A stretch of DNA of 64,000 nucleotides from Holophagales bacterium (GCA_031390755.1 JANMTS010000035.1:28758-92757), one strand, 5' to 3'; counted from the first letter of the stretch, positions 18,307 to 27,205 are shown. Numbers and translations are program-made. Notes: generated from the letters alone by a model not told the origin.

Positions 18307-21300
18307 TCATGTCTGCGCCGCGGCGCCAAGGAGCGAAGCGCTCTCGGGACCCAACGCGGGGGTCGACTCGGGAGCGAGCTCGCGGGCGAGGTTGTCGACC
18401 TTCTCCACGTAGCGGGGGACGTTCAGGCGGACGAACGCGCGGCGGGCTTCGGCCAGGTGGGAGGCCGCTTCCGGGGTCGCCTCTCCGGCGAGCATGGCGA
18501 GGTCGAGCCGGGTCCGCGCCACCTCGAACGGCACCTGGAGGGCCTCGAACCGCTCCAGGGCTTCCCGCAGATGCTCCCCCGCTTCTCCGGGGCGCCCCTG
18601 GACGCGGGTGATCTCGCCGAGAATCCTCTGCGCCAGGCCGACGCCGTACCAGAAGGAGGCCTCGCGGGTCACCGCCAGGGCCTGGGCCGCGAGCGCGGCA
18701 GCTTCGTCGGTCTTCCCCTCGCGCAGGCGGGCTTCGGCCAGGAACGCGGAGAACCAGCCCTGGAGCTGGCGCATGCCGGTGGCCTCGATGCGGCGGATCG
18801 ACTCCTCCAGGGTCTCGACGGCTTGAACGAGATCCCCTTTCTGGAGCCAGGAGTAGCCGAGGAAGCCGAGCGCGGCGGCGGTGTTGAGGGGATCCTGGGC
18901 GCGTTCGAGGCCCGCCCGGCAGAGCTCGACGCCGGCTTCCCAGTCTCCCAGCGAGGCATGGAAGTAGCCGGTGCTCCACGACGGGTCGAGGCGGGAGTCT
19001 TCGAGCGTCAGATAGATGTCGTGCGCGCGGGCCATGGCCGCGAGCGCCTGCTCGAAGCTGCCGAGAAGGTAGTGGTGGAAGCCGGCCACCCAGAACGCCT
19101 GGCCCTGCCACCAGCGGTCCTCGGTGCCTTCCAGCAGAGCCACCGCCTGGAGGCCGGAGACGATGCCCTCGGAGAACCGGCCGGCCCAGAACGCGTCCCG
19201 CGAGAGCACGTAGCAAGCCCGGCCCTCGGTGCCGGTCTCACCGGACCGCCGGGCCTCTTCGATGGCCAGCAGGGCGAACCGGGATGCCTCGGCCTGGTTG
19301 CCGAGATAGCTGTGGGTGTGGGCCAGCCAGAAGTGGAACTGGCCGCTCAGGGAGTCGTCGCCGAGCTTCTCGACGCGCTGGCAGTGGCTCGTGAGCAGCT
19401 CCAGCGTCTCGGGGAGCTGGGCCAGGGGGAGGAGCGAAGCCGCCAGCCGCAGGACCAGCTCGACGATCCGCCGCTCCCGGTGGTCTCGACGTCCCCCGGC
19501 GTCCCCGTCCGGCAGGCCGGCGGCGTGGCGGATGGCGTCCCGCAGCGCGCGCGCCGCCTCGGCGTGGGCATAGGTGGCCGCGGCCTGCTCGGCGAACAGC
19601 CCCAGGTAGAGGACGGCCCTCTCCTCCTCGCCGGCCTCGGACACGTGCCAGGCCAGCCGGTCGTAGACCTCCTCCAGCCGGCCGGCGTAGAGCTGCTCGA
19701 ACGCCCGGCCGGCCGCGGCGTGGAGCGCCCGGCGCCGGCTGGTGAGGAGTGTCTGGTAGACGGCCTCCTGGGTGAGCGCGTGCTTGAAGATGTAGATCGC
19801 CGTCTCGGAGGTCGGCTGCTCGTACAGGAACTCCCAGCGTTTCAGGTCGGTCAGCAGCGGCCCGAGGTTGCCGTCCTCCTCCCAGACCGCGGTCAGGAGC
19901 GCGAGCGACAGCTCCCGGCCCAGGACCGAAGCGGTCTGAAGCAGCCGCTTGTGGCCCTCAGGCAGCCGGTCGATGCGCGCCAGGAGAACGCCCTGGATGG
20001 TGTCCGGCACGGAGACGTTCGGGCTTTCGAGGACGGACCGGGTCAGCTCCTCCAGGAAGAACGGGTTGCCTTCGGCCTTGCTGAGCACGGTTGCCAGCAG
20101 GGCGCCGGACAGGGTCGACCGGTGGAGCACGGCCTGGATGATCTGCCGGCTCTCGCGCTCGGAGAGGCGCGGCAGGGAGATCTGGGTGGCGAAGGACTTC
20201 TCCATCCAGCGCGGCCGGTAGCCGGAGCGGTAGGTGACGAGCAGGAGCATTCGCGCCGCCACCAGGCCGTCGATGAGATATCCGAGGAACTCCTCGGACG
20301 TGGGATCGATCCAGTGGAGATCCTCGATCTCCAGGATCACCATCCGTCCCTGGCCAGTATTTCCGGCAGTACTGCCGGAAATACCACTGGAAGTACTGCC
20401 GGCATGGAGAATGGCCTGGCGCAGGATCTGGAACGTGCGGGTCTGGAGCGCCTGCGGGCTCAGCTCGGCGAGCCCCTCGGTGCCCTCGCGCACGCCGAGG
20501 AGCATCAGGAGGTAGGGCACGGACTCCTCCTGATGGAGTCCCGCCCGCTCCAGGCCCGCGCGCACCTTGGCCGCGACCTGGGCGGGTGAGTCGGCGTCGC
20601 CGATCTTCCACTCGCCGCGCAGCATGTAGAGGAGCGGCAGGTAGGGCATGCCGCTGCCGTAGGAGAGGCAGCGGCCGGTCAGGAAGAGCACATCCTCGCT
20701 CCAGAGCCGGCGCCGCAGCTCGTAGAGCAGTCTCGACTTGCCCGAGCCGGCCTCGCCGGCGATGCCGAGGATCTGCCCTTCCCCGCCGGACGCGCGCTCG
20801 CGCAGCTCGTCGAGCAGCGCCACCTCGCGGTTGCGGCCGACGAAGGGGGACAGCTCGGAGCCGCTCAGCACCGCCTGCTCGGACGGCCGCGAGCCGGCGC
20901 CCAGCACCTGATAGGCCTGGATGGGCTCGGCTTTGCCTTTCACGTGGGCCGGCGGCAGCGCGCGCAGCTCGACGCCTCCCTGGAGGAAGCGCATGGTGGT
21001 CTCGCTGACCAGCACGGTGCCGGGCTCTGCGATCTGCTGGAGCCGCGCCGCGAGGTTGGTGGTGTCGCCGACCGCCGTGTAGTCGCGGCGGAGATGGTCG
21101 CCGATGCCGCCGACCACGACCCAGCCGGTGTTGATGCCCATGCGCACCCGCACGTCGGACTCCTGGGGCTCGTCGCCCTGCGCCTCTCCCTGAAGAATCT
21201 CCAGCCGCTTGAGCAGCCCCAGCGCCGCAAGCACGGCCCGCCGGGCGTGGTCCTCGTGGGCGATCGGCGCGCCGAACAGGGCCATGAAGCCGTCGCCGAG

Positions 21301-21795
21301 GAACTGGTTGATCGTCCCCTCGTAGCGGTGGACCTCGCCGAGCGCGGTCTCGAAGAATTGATTGAGCAGGAGGTGCATGGCCTCGGGGCCGACGCGGTCG
21401 GCGAGCGCCGTGGAGCCCACGAGGTCGCAGAAGAGGACGGTGACCTGCTTGCGCTCGCCTTCGAGGGCCGCCTTGGTCTGGAGCCCGGCGAGATGCTGGG
21501 GCGTGTAGCCCTGGAGGACCGGGACCGGGCGCGACGGCTCGTCCGCCTGCGGCTTGTCGAGCAGGTTGGACGGGGCCGTAGCCATCGCCGGGGGCGGCGG
21601 GGTCAGCAGGGTCGGCGGGATCGGTGGTGCGGCCGGCGGCGGAAGCGACAGGGCACCGCCGCACTCGCCGCAGAAGCGGAAGCCGGGTGGGTTCTCCGCT
21701 CCACACTGCGGGCAGACCGGGGAGAGCTTCCCCCCGCACTGGCCGCAGAACTTCATGTTCGGCGGGCTGTCGAATTGGCAATTCGGACACTTCAT
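18307..21795 (-). CDS. Signal-transduction protein: double zinc-ribbon + class III adenylate/guanylate cyclase domain + AAA/STAND ATPase + TPR repeats
   Basis: 1162 aa. N-terminus MKCPNCQFD..CGQCGG..CPQCGAEN..CGECGG. Cyclase core VTVLFCDLVGSTALADRVGPEAM...GINTGWVVVG..IGDHLRRDYTAVGDTTNLAARL. P-loop GIAGEAGSGKSRLL. The C-terminal half is helical-repeat. Confidence 0.8.
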   Translation of the reverse strand: MKCPNCQFDSPPNMKFCGQCGGKLSPVCPQCGAENPPGFRFCGECGGALSLPPPAAPPIPPTLLTPPPPAMATAPSNLLDKPQADEPSRPVPVLQGYTPQHLAGLQTKAALEGERKQVTVLFCDLVGSTALADRVGPEAMHLLLNQFFETALGEVHRYEGTINQFLGDGFMALFGAPIAHEDHARRAVLAALGLLKRLEILQGEAQGDEPQESDVRVRMGINTGWVVVGGIGDHLRRDYTAVGDTTNLAARLQQIAEPGTVLVSETTMRFLQGGVELRALPPAHVKGKAEPIQAYQVLGAGSRPSEQAVLSGSELSPFVGRNREVALLDELRERASGGEGQILGIAGEAGSGKSRLLYELRRRLWSEDVLFLTGRCLSYGSGMPYLPLLYMLRGEWKIGDADSPAQVAAKVRAGLERAGLHQEESVPYLLMLLGVREGTEGLAELSPQALQTRTFQILRQAILHAGSTSSGISGSTAGNTGQGRMVILEIEDLHWIDPTSEEFLGYLIDGLVAARMLLLVTYRSGYRPRWMEKSFATQISLPRLSERESRQIIQAVLHRSTLSGALLATVLSKAEGNPFFLEELTRSVLESPNVSVPDTIQGVLLARIDRLPEGHKRLLQTASVLGRELSLALLTAVWEEDGNLGPLLTDLKRWEFLYEQPTSETAIYIFKHALTQEAVYQTLLTSRRRALHAAAGRAFEQLYAGRLEEVYDRLAWHVSEAGEEERAVLYLGLFAEQAAATYAHAEAARALRDAIRHAAGLPDGDAGGRRDHRERRIVELVLRLAASLLPLAQLPETLELLTSHCQRVEKLGDDSLSGQFHFWLAHTHSYLGNQAEASRFALLAIEEARRSGETGTEGRACYVLSRDAFWAGRFSEGIVSGLQAVALLEGTEDRWWQGQAFWVAGFHHYLLGSFEQALAAMARAHDIYLTLEDSRLDPSWSTGYFHASLGDWEAGVELCRAGLERAQDPLNTAAALGFLGYSWLQKGDLVQAVETLEESIRRIEATGMRQLQGWFSAFLAEARLREGKTDEAAALAAQALAVTREASFWYGVGLAQRILGEITRVQGRPGEAGEHLREALERFEALQVPFEVARTRLDLAMLAGEATPEAASHLAEARRAFVRLNVPRYVEKVDNLARELAPESTPALGPESASLLGAAAQT

Positions 21796-21840
21796 GACCG
21801 GATCTCTCGTCCGGTCCAGTCTACCAGTCCCCGCGCGCTC

Positions 21841-22197
21841 TCACCTCACCTCGCTCATGAGCGCCAGCGTGTTGCCCTCGCTGTCCTTGAGAAAGGTCAT
21901 CCAGAGCTCGTGGTCCGGCATCTTCGCCACGAGATGAGGCTCGTCGCGGAACTCTCCGCCCCGTTCCCGGATCGCCTCGCAGGCCGCCCGGATGTCGTCC
22001 ACCTTGTAATAGAGGATGGTCGACGGATGGTCGAATTCCGCCTCGGGCACCGTGATCATGAGCCGGACGCCCCCGCAGTCGAAGAACGAGAGGTTCGGGC
22101 CGGCCTGGAAAAGGAACGTCAGGCCGAGCACGTCGCGGTAGAAGGCCGTGGCCCGCTCGACGTCCTTGGCGTTGATGGCGATCTGTCCGATCTTCAT
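21841..22197 (-). CDS. Glyoxalase/VOC-family protein
   Basis: Internal start MKIGQIAINAKDVERATAFYRDVLGL (ATG 22197..22195), 118 aa. The longer 139-aa ORF extension runs into a repeat element. Confidence 0.6.
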   Translation of the reverse strand: MKIGQIAINAKDVERATAFYRDVLGLTFLFQAGPNLSFFDCGGVRLMITVPEAEFDHPSTILYYKVDDIRAACEAIRERGGEFRDEPHLVAKMPDHELWMTFLKDSEGNTLALMSEVR

Positions 22198-22268
22198 GGG
22201 GGCTCCTCTTGAATGTTGCGGATGATATCGGCTTCCCGGCAAGGAAGCCCTCAACTGCATTCCCTGTA

Positions 22269-22368
22269 CGTAGGGGCAACCCTTGTGGTTGCCCTCTTCG
22301 TGGCAGCTCCGGATGCGCAGCAGAGGGCGGCCACAAGAGCCGCCCCTACAGGAAGATCATGTCGTTTC
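22269..22368. repeat. REP/MITE-like palindromic element family 2, copy 1 (two tandem hairpins aggggcaacccttgtggttgccct ... agggcggccacaagagccgcccct)
   Basis: Seen directly. It is about 95 % identical to 23029..23125, and a shortened copy is at 56043..56100. It translates as ..RGNPCGCPLRG.. in the spurious ORFs. Confidence 0.7.
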
Positions 22369-22436
22369 GGGGGCATCCGGAGCCGCCGCGAAACCTCTAC
22401 GATCGGGCTGCGTACCGTCAACACAAGGAGACTCCC

Positions 22437-23015
22437 ATGACCAAGACGGTTGAGACAGCCCGGATCGAGACGATGGACCCACTCACGAGGCGGCGAATGC
22501 TGGGAGTCGGAGCCCTGCTGGCTGCCGGACTCGGAGGATCGTCCCTCTTCGCCCAGACCGCCGCTCCTGCGCCGACCGCCCCGGTCGCGCCGGCCGCGCC
22601 AGCCAAGAAGCCCGCCCCGGACCGCGGCCCCCGGCTGGATGCGGATCTGGTCAAGGAGTTCGTGGGTGCGGCCCACGGCAACCTGGAACGGACCAAGGAG
22701 ATGCTCGCGGCGCAGCCGGCGCTCGTGAACGCCACGTGGGACTGGGGCGGCGGCGACTGGGAGACCGGTCTGGGCGGCGCCTCCCACATGGGCAACCGCG
22801 AGATCGCCGAGTTTCTCCTCGCGCACAATGCCCGCATGGACGTCTTCTGCGCCGTGATGCTCGGCAAGGTCGATCTCGTGAAGGCGTTCCTGGCCGACAA
22901 CCCGAACGTGGTTCACCTGCCCGGACCGCACCGCATCTCCCTCCTCCGCCACGCCGAGGCCGGCAAGCAGGAGGCTCTGGTGGAGCTTCTCAAGGCTCAC
23001 GGCGCCAAGGCGTAG
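22437..23015 (+). CDS. TAT-secreted ankyrin-repeat protein
   Basis: Start ATG 22437 with an AAGGAG RBS at 22425..22430. Twin-arginine signal TRRRMLGVGALLAAG, Ala/Pro-rich linker, then ankyrin-like repeats (GGASHMGNREIAEFLLAHNARMD.., LLRHAEAGKQEALVELLKAHGAKA). Confidence 0.65.
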   Translation: MTKTVETARIETMDPLTRRRMLGVGALLAAGLGGSSLFAQTAAPAPTAPVAPAAPAKKPAPDRGPRLDADLVKEFVGAAHGNLERTKEMLAAQPALVNATWDWGGGDWETGLGGASHMGNREIAEFLLAHNARMDVFCAVMLGKVDLVKAFLADNPNVVHLPGPHRISLLRHAEAGKQEALVELLKAHGAKA

Positions 23016-23028
23016 GCCGGTCAAATGC

Positions 23029-23125
23029 GTAGGGGCAACCCTTGTGGTTGCCCTCTTCGTGGCGGCTCCGGATGCGCAGAGGGCGGCCACAAGAGCCGCC
23101 CCTACAGAAAGATCCTGTCGTTTCC
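23029..23125. repeat. REP/MITE-like palindromic element family 2, copy 2 (direct orientation relative to copy 1)
   Basis: Seen directly. Together with copy 1 it brackets the ankyrin gene. Confidence 0.7.
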
Positions 23126-23212
23126 AGTGAGACAGACAGGCCCGGCCGAGGGCGTCCCCCCGACCGGGCCTGTCGATTCCTTCCCGTCAATGCTTCCGAA
23201 ACTGCACCCGGC

Positions 23213-23611
23213 CTAGTCGGCCAGAGGCGGCACCGTTTCCACCAACTCGACCGGCGGCACCGGATCGGGCTTGCGGAGGGTGGGGCGCGACCGGCGGCGG
23301 CGCAGCGGGGCCACCTGGAACTGCACCAGGCGCTCGCTCTGCGTGCCGATCAGGCCCTTCGCCAGGCCGCGCAGACGCCGCGCCTGCTCGCGGCCGATCA
23401 CGATGCGCTCCAACAGCTCCTGCGTGGTCTGCTGGCGCTGCGCCGCACGCGAATCCTGCAACGCCTTGAGATCCCGGACCGCGTTGAGCGTCTGGGCCAG
23501 GAGCACCTGCACCGGCTGCGCCGGCGACATCACGTCCACATTGTCGGAATACGCCTGGAGCAGGAGCTCCCAATCGATGATGTTGTCGGCATACGACGTT
23601 CTCGTTCTCAT
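23213..23611 (-). CDS. Hypothetical protein
   Basis: ORF with protein-like composition. Chosen start is the internal ATG (MRTRTSYADNIIDWELLLQAY..), because the track's longer ORF starts at TTG. No recognised domain. Confidence 0.35.
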   Translation of the reverse strand: MRTRTSYADNIIDWELLLQAYSDNVDVMSPAQPVQVLLAQTLNAVRDLKALQDSRAAQRQQTTQELLERIVIGREQARRLRGLAKGLIGTQSERLVQFQVAPLRRRRSRPTLRKPDPVPPVELVETVPPLAD

Positions 23612-23993
23612 GGTCTTTCTTCTTTCTATGGGCTTATCGCGCCCACGGTTGTCCTTCAATGAACCTTGGTTCCGGTTTCCCGACCGGTCGACGTCACCTT
23701 TGTCGGTGTCTTGCGATCTCTGTCGAATGTCACGATGTATTCATGCTTGCCCTCCTTCTCCTCACGGACGGAAGCCTAAGACGGTCAATGACCGATGTCA
23801 AGAGGGAGATTTTTCGCTTTTTGACGAACCGATCCCGTACCGGGCTTTACCTGGCCCTACCTGGCCCTACCGGGCTATACGGAATTAGATGGAGCTTTAC
23901 GGAAATTGGCTGAAACTCGGAGCGGGGCGGTCGCCGTCCGGGTTGGCCGGCTTGCCGAAGGGTTCGGGGCGCCAGAGAGCTGGCTCTATTTCA

Positions 23994-24022
23994 TTGCAGT
24001 AACTTGCCACTCATGGCATATT
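23994..24022 (+). promoter_or_regulatory. Putative sigma70-like promoter for abiEi (-35 TTGCAG, 17-bp spacer, -10 CATATT) giving a leaderless or very short-leader transcript (ATG at 24029)
   Basis: Hexamers and spacing read directly. No experimental support. Confidence 0.3.
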
Positions 24023-24028
24023 GCTGCC

Positions 24029-24670
24029 ATGAAATTCGACCGACTGCTGGAGATCGTCGGCGAAGAGCCCGTCTTCGAGGCGGGGCTTCTTCTGGCGGGC
24101 GATGTCGACCCGGCCGATGTCCGCCGCCAGCTTTCCCGCTGGGAGGGTGCGGGCAAGCTGTTCCAGCTCCGCCGCGGTCTCTATGCCCTGGCTCCCCCGT
24201 ATCGGCGGGTTCTGCCCCATCCCTTCCTCGTCGCCAACCATCTGGTCCGCGGCTCCTACGTCAGTCTTCAGGCGGCCCTGGCCCACTACGGCCTGATTCC
24301 CGAGTCTGTGCCCGTGACCACCAGCGTGACCGCGGGCCGCCCCGGGCAGTGGGACACGCCTCTGGGAAGCTACCTCTACCGCCATCTCCGGCCCGATCTC
24401 CTGACCGGCTTCCGCCGGACGCCTCTCGCAGGCGGACAGGAGGCTCTCGTGGCCTCTCCCGAGAAGGCGCTTCTCGATCTTCTCTATCTGGAGCCGGACG
24501 CCGACACCGAGCCGTATCTGGCCGAGCTGCGTCTCCAGCATCTGGAGGGGTTGGATCTCGACGAGCTCCATCGCCTGGCGGAGCGGTTCGGAAAACCCAA
24601 GCTCTTGCGCGCCGCCGAGCGCGTGGCGCGACTGGCTGCTGTCGAGGCTGAGGAGTACGAGCCGCTGTGA
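24029..24670 (+). CDS. abiEi: Type IV toxin-antitoxin system AbiEi-family antitoxin (transcriptional regulator)
   Basis: 213 aa: MKFDRLLEIVGEEPVFEAGLLLAG..VRRQLSRWEGAGKLFQLRRGLYALAPPYRRVLPHPFLVANHLVRGSYVSLQAALAHYGLIPE. This is characteristic AbiEi/COG5340. A 4-bp overlap joins it to the downstream toxin. Confidence 0.8.
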   Translation: MKFDRLLEIVGEEPVFEAGLLLAGDVDPADVRRQLSRWEGAGKLFQLRRGLYALAPPYRRVLPHPFLVANHLVRGSYVSLQAALAHYGLIPESVPVTTSVTAGRPGQWDTPLGSYLYRHLRPDLLTGFRRTPLAGGQEALVASPEKALLDLLYLEPDADTEPYLAELRLQHLEGLDLDELHRLAERFGKPKLLRAAERVARLAAVEAEEYEPL

Positions 24671-25473
24671 GACGCGATCTGATCGATCTTCTGCGCGGCA
24701 GCGCGAGCCCCACCGAGAGCCGGAATCGCCTTCGCGAGCTGCTCCAGGCCCGGATTCTGTCGTCCCTCCAGCGCGCGGGAGCCATGGTGCCGCTCGCCTT
24801 CCAGGGCGGCACCGCCTTGCGGTTTCTCTACGGCATCGGCCGCTATTCGGAAGATCTGGACTTCGCCCTGGAGCGGCCTGACCGGGGTTACGACTTCCGC
24901 CCCTACCTCCAGAGGATTCAGGCCGATCTGCGGCAGGAGGGTTTCGAGACCGAAACCAAAGTGAACGACCAGAAAGTCATGCACAGCGCCTTCCTCGCCT
25001 TTCCGGGCCTGCTCTTCGAGGCCGACCTCTCCCCCCATTCCAACGAGAAGCTCTCGGTCAAGATCGAGGTCGACACGCGACCGCCGTCCGGAGCCGTTCT
25101 CGAAACCAGCGTGGTCCGCCGGCATGCGACGCTCCAGCTCCAGCATCACGACAAAGCCTCCCTGCTCGCCGGAAAGCTCCACGCGATCCTCCAGCGCCCT
25201 TATGTGAAGGGCCGGGATCTCTACGACCTGATCTGGTACTTGAGCGACCGTTCCTGGCCGGCCCCGAATCTCGCGCTGCTCAACAACGCCCTCGCGCAAA
25301 GCCAATGGACGGAGGGTCCCCTGACCCCGGAGACCTGGAAGGAGCGGGCCGCCGAGAGGCTTCAGGGAATCGACTGGGAGAGAGTCCTGGCCGATGTCCG
25401 GCCATTTCTCGAAGACGCGAGAGAGATCGAAATCCTCACGCGGGAGAATGCCTTGCGGCTGCTGAACGGGTGA
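24667..25473 (+). CDS. abiEii: Nucleotidyltransferase AbiEii/AbiGii-family toxin (DUF1814)
   Basis: 268 aa with the GT-type nucleotidyltransferase motif FQGGTALRFLYGIGRYSEDLDFAL. The operon arrangement with AbiEi is typical. Confidence 0.8.
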   Translation: MRRDLIDLLRGSASPTESRNRLRELLQARILSSLQRAGAMVPLAFQGGTALRFLYGIGRYSEDLDFALERPDRGYDFRPYLQRIQADLRQEGFETETKVNDQKVMHSAFLAFPGLLFEADLSPHSNEKLSVKIEVDTRPPSGAVLETSVVRRHATLQLQHHDKASLLAGKLHAILQRPYVKGRDLYDLIWYLSDRSWPAPNLALLNNALAQSQWTEGPLTPETWKERAAERLQGIDWERVLADVRPFLEDAREIEILTRENALRLLNG

Positions 25474-25556
25474 TTCGCCACACTGTTTGTCCCGAAGGGA
25501 CATAGGGATAAAGACTGGCAAGCCGTGTCCGTCCGTCGCCGCGCCTTGGCTCCTCC

Positions 25557-25823
25557 GTCGCAATCCCACCGTGCTGATCAGGGCATTTCCGACGATGGTT
25601 ACATCAACGGAAGGGGGTACGTCGCTTGGAGCGAGTCGCAATCCCACCGTGCTGACCAGGGCATTTCCGACTTTTCGGCTTTCTGGTTGCGAAGTTCGTT
25701 GCCGCGTTGAAGAAGTCGCAATCCCACCGTGCTGATCAGGGCATTTCCGACACGGTTGCGCATTGGATTCCCGTTACGCGTCAGGCGTCGCAATCCCACC
25801 GTGCTGATCAGGGCATTTCCGAC
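25557..25823. CRISPR. Orphan CRISPR mini-array: 4 x 37-bp repeats (GTCGCAATCCCACCGTGCTGATCAGGGCATTTCCGAC; repeat 2 has one SNP), 3 unique spacers of 41, 43 and 35 bp
   Basis: Repeats at 25557-25593, 25635-25671, 25715-25751 and 25787-25823, read directly. No cas genes are in the window. A lower-GC flank at 25824-26150 could be a leader. Confidence 0.65.
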
Positions 25824-26189
25824 TCCGGCCTCGCCAACCCACTGATTCCAAAGGGTCCAAACCGCCTGATTTTCTGACCCCTCGAAATCGCCCCCTCGAA
25901 GGGGCCTTTCCATGCCGTCGGGCGACTCTCGCTTTCCATCTCAAACCTCTCAGTCCATTCAAGATACCGGCCTGGTTCTGAAGTGCCCGCCAAAAGGGAA
26001 CATCGGCGCAGGCATGATTCTTGTCAGGTCCGGGCTCTCGCTTGTCAAAGAACGGCGCAATCTAATCCTACAGGGAGAGACACCTCTTGGGGAAGATTTG
26101 TTGGCCCAGCCACTTCCAGGGCTGAGGAGGGTTGGGGGTGGCCCACCGAACCGGGGTCGCGCGCCTGCGGCGCTTCTGACCCCGGCCTT

Positions 26190-26329
26190 CACACATCCAC
26201 CGCATCCGCAGCAAAGACGGAGCCCGCTGAGCCCGTGTCGAGAAGAACCCGATCCAGCCGAAGCTGCTGGCCGCCAAACCGAAGAGTCACTGTGATGTAA
26301 GGAAGCCCGCCTTCGATATGCAGCTTCAC
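26190..26329 (-). pseudogene. Remnant of a retropepsin-like (clan AA) aspartic protease gene (46 codons: VKLHIEGGLPYITVTLRFGGQQLRLDRVLLDTGSAGSVFAADAVDV, then stop)
   Basis: Manual translation. The DTGS active-site context is present but the ORF stops after 46 codons. Its GTG start overlaps the stop of the upstream 86-aa gene (GTGA). Confidence 0.35.
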
Positions 26330-26586
26330 GCCGCTCCCCGGATACCAAGCCAACGCAGCTCTTCGATCTCAAGCTCCACGCGGTCGGTGCTCAGGACATA
26401 GAGCTCGCGTTGTGGGGCCTTCTGATGGACTTCCATGTAGCCGTCCATCGCAGCCTTGCCGGTCGGAAATGTCGCGAGGACGGCGATGTCGTCAAGGATG
26501 CGGCGGTTGACCTCGGAGTGGGCGGCCGTCGCTTCGACCAGGAGCCATTGCCCGGGGAAATGCGCGCGGATTTCGGGCCACGTCAT
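26326..26586 (-). CDS. Small hypothetical protein (86 aa) upstream of the aspartic-protease remnant
   Basis: MTWPEIRAHFPGQWLLVEATAAHSEVNRRILDDIAVLATFPTGKAAMDGYMEVHQKAPQRELYVLSTDRVELEIEELRWLGIRGAA. Globular-looking composition. The upstream part of the track ORF (WRSSPAAW repeats) is the minisatellite read antisense and is rejected. Confidence 0.4.
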   Translation of the reverse strand: MTWPEIRAHFPGQWLLVEATAAHSEVNRRILDDIAVLATFPTGKAAMDGYMEVHQKAPQRELYVLSTDRVELEIEELRWLGIRGAA

Positions 26587-26787
26587 GCTTGCTCTCCTCT
26601 TGCTTCCATGGGCTTCATCGGCCTTCCACGGCCTGGAGCTAGTATAGCGGGCCGCAATCCCACCCGTGCGCCTGGAAGCCGGCTTGCCGCTCAAGGTTGC
26701 CTCCATCCGATGCCGCCTCGCGCCGGCGAGACGCCGGCGGTCCCAGGAGGGAGGCGCGCGGTAGGGGTTGGGAAGATCGCCGCACGG

Positions 26788-26845
26788 GTGGGGGTTCCCC
26801 CTCTCCCCCCGGAAGGGGGCCAGGGGGTGAGGATTCGAAGCGAAT
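26788..26845. repeat. REP-like element family 3 (..GGGGTTCCCCCTCTCCCCCCGGAAGGGGGCCAGGGGGTGAGGATTCGAAGC..)
   Basis: Related copies at 31776..31832 (inverted), 31897..31957 and 61731..61807. Confidence 0.55.
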
Positions 26846-26941
26846 CCCTTCCGTGAACGGTCTGGGCGTCGCGTGAGCCCTCGCCCCCGTCCCCGGGGCT
26901 GGGGATGAGGGCCGCAGGGCTCCGCCGCCCGATCTCCGGAC

Positions 26942-27205
26942 GACCGCCACCAAGCTCTGGACGACCGCCACACAGCTGGCGGTGACCGCCACACAGCTGG
27001 CGATGACCGCCACGCAGCTGGCGGTGACCGCCGCACAGCTGGCGATGACCGCCACGCAGCTGGCGATGACCGCCACGCAGCTGGCGATGACCGCCACGCA
27101 GCTGGCGATGACCGCCATCCAGCTGGCGGTGACCGCCACACGGTTGGCGGCGACCGCCACGCGGCTGGCGGTGACCGCCACGCGGCTGGCGGTGACCGCC
27201 ACGAA
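26942..27205. repeat. Minisatellite: about 12.5 tandem copies of a 21-bp unit GACCGCCAC(A/G)CAGCTGGCG(G/A)T
   Basis: Seen directly. In frame it would give heptads MTATQLA (+) or VAVTASR/WRSSPAA (-). Whether it is coding is unknown. Confidence 0.85.

Noticed and set aside
16082-18412. 776-aa plus-strand ORF across aceE
   Set aside because: Antisense to pyruvate dehydrogenase E1. Low-complexity.
18304-20589. 761-aa plus-strand ORF and 19958-21790 610-aa minus ORF across the cyclase-STAND gene
   Set aside because: Antisense or alternative frame of a 1162-aa gene with clear domains. Arg/Pro/Gly-rich.
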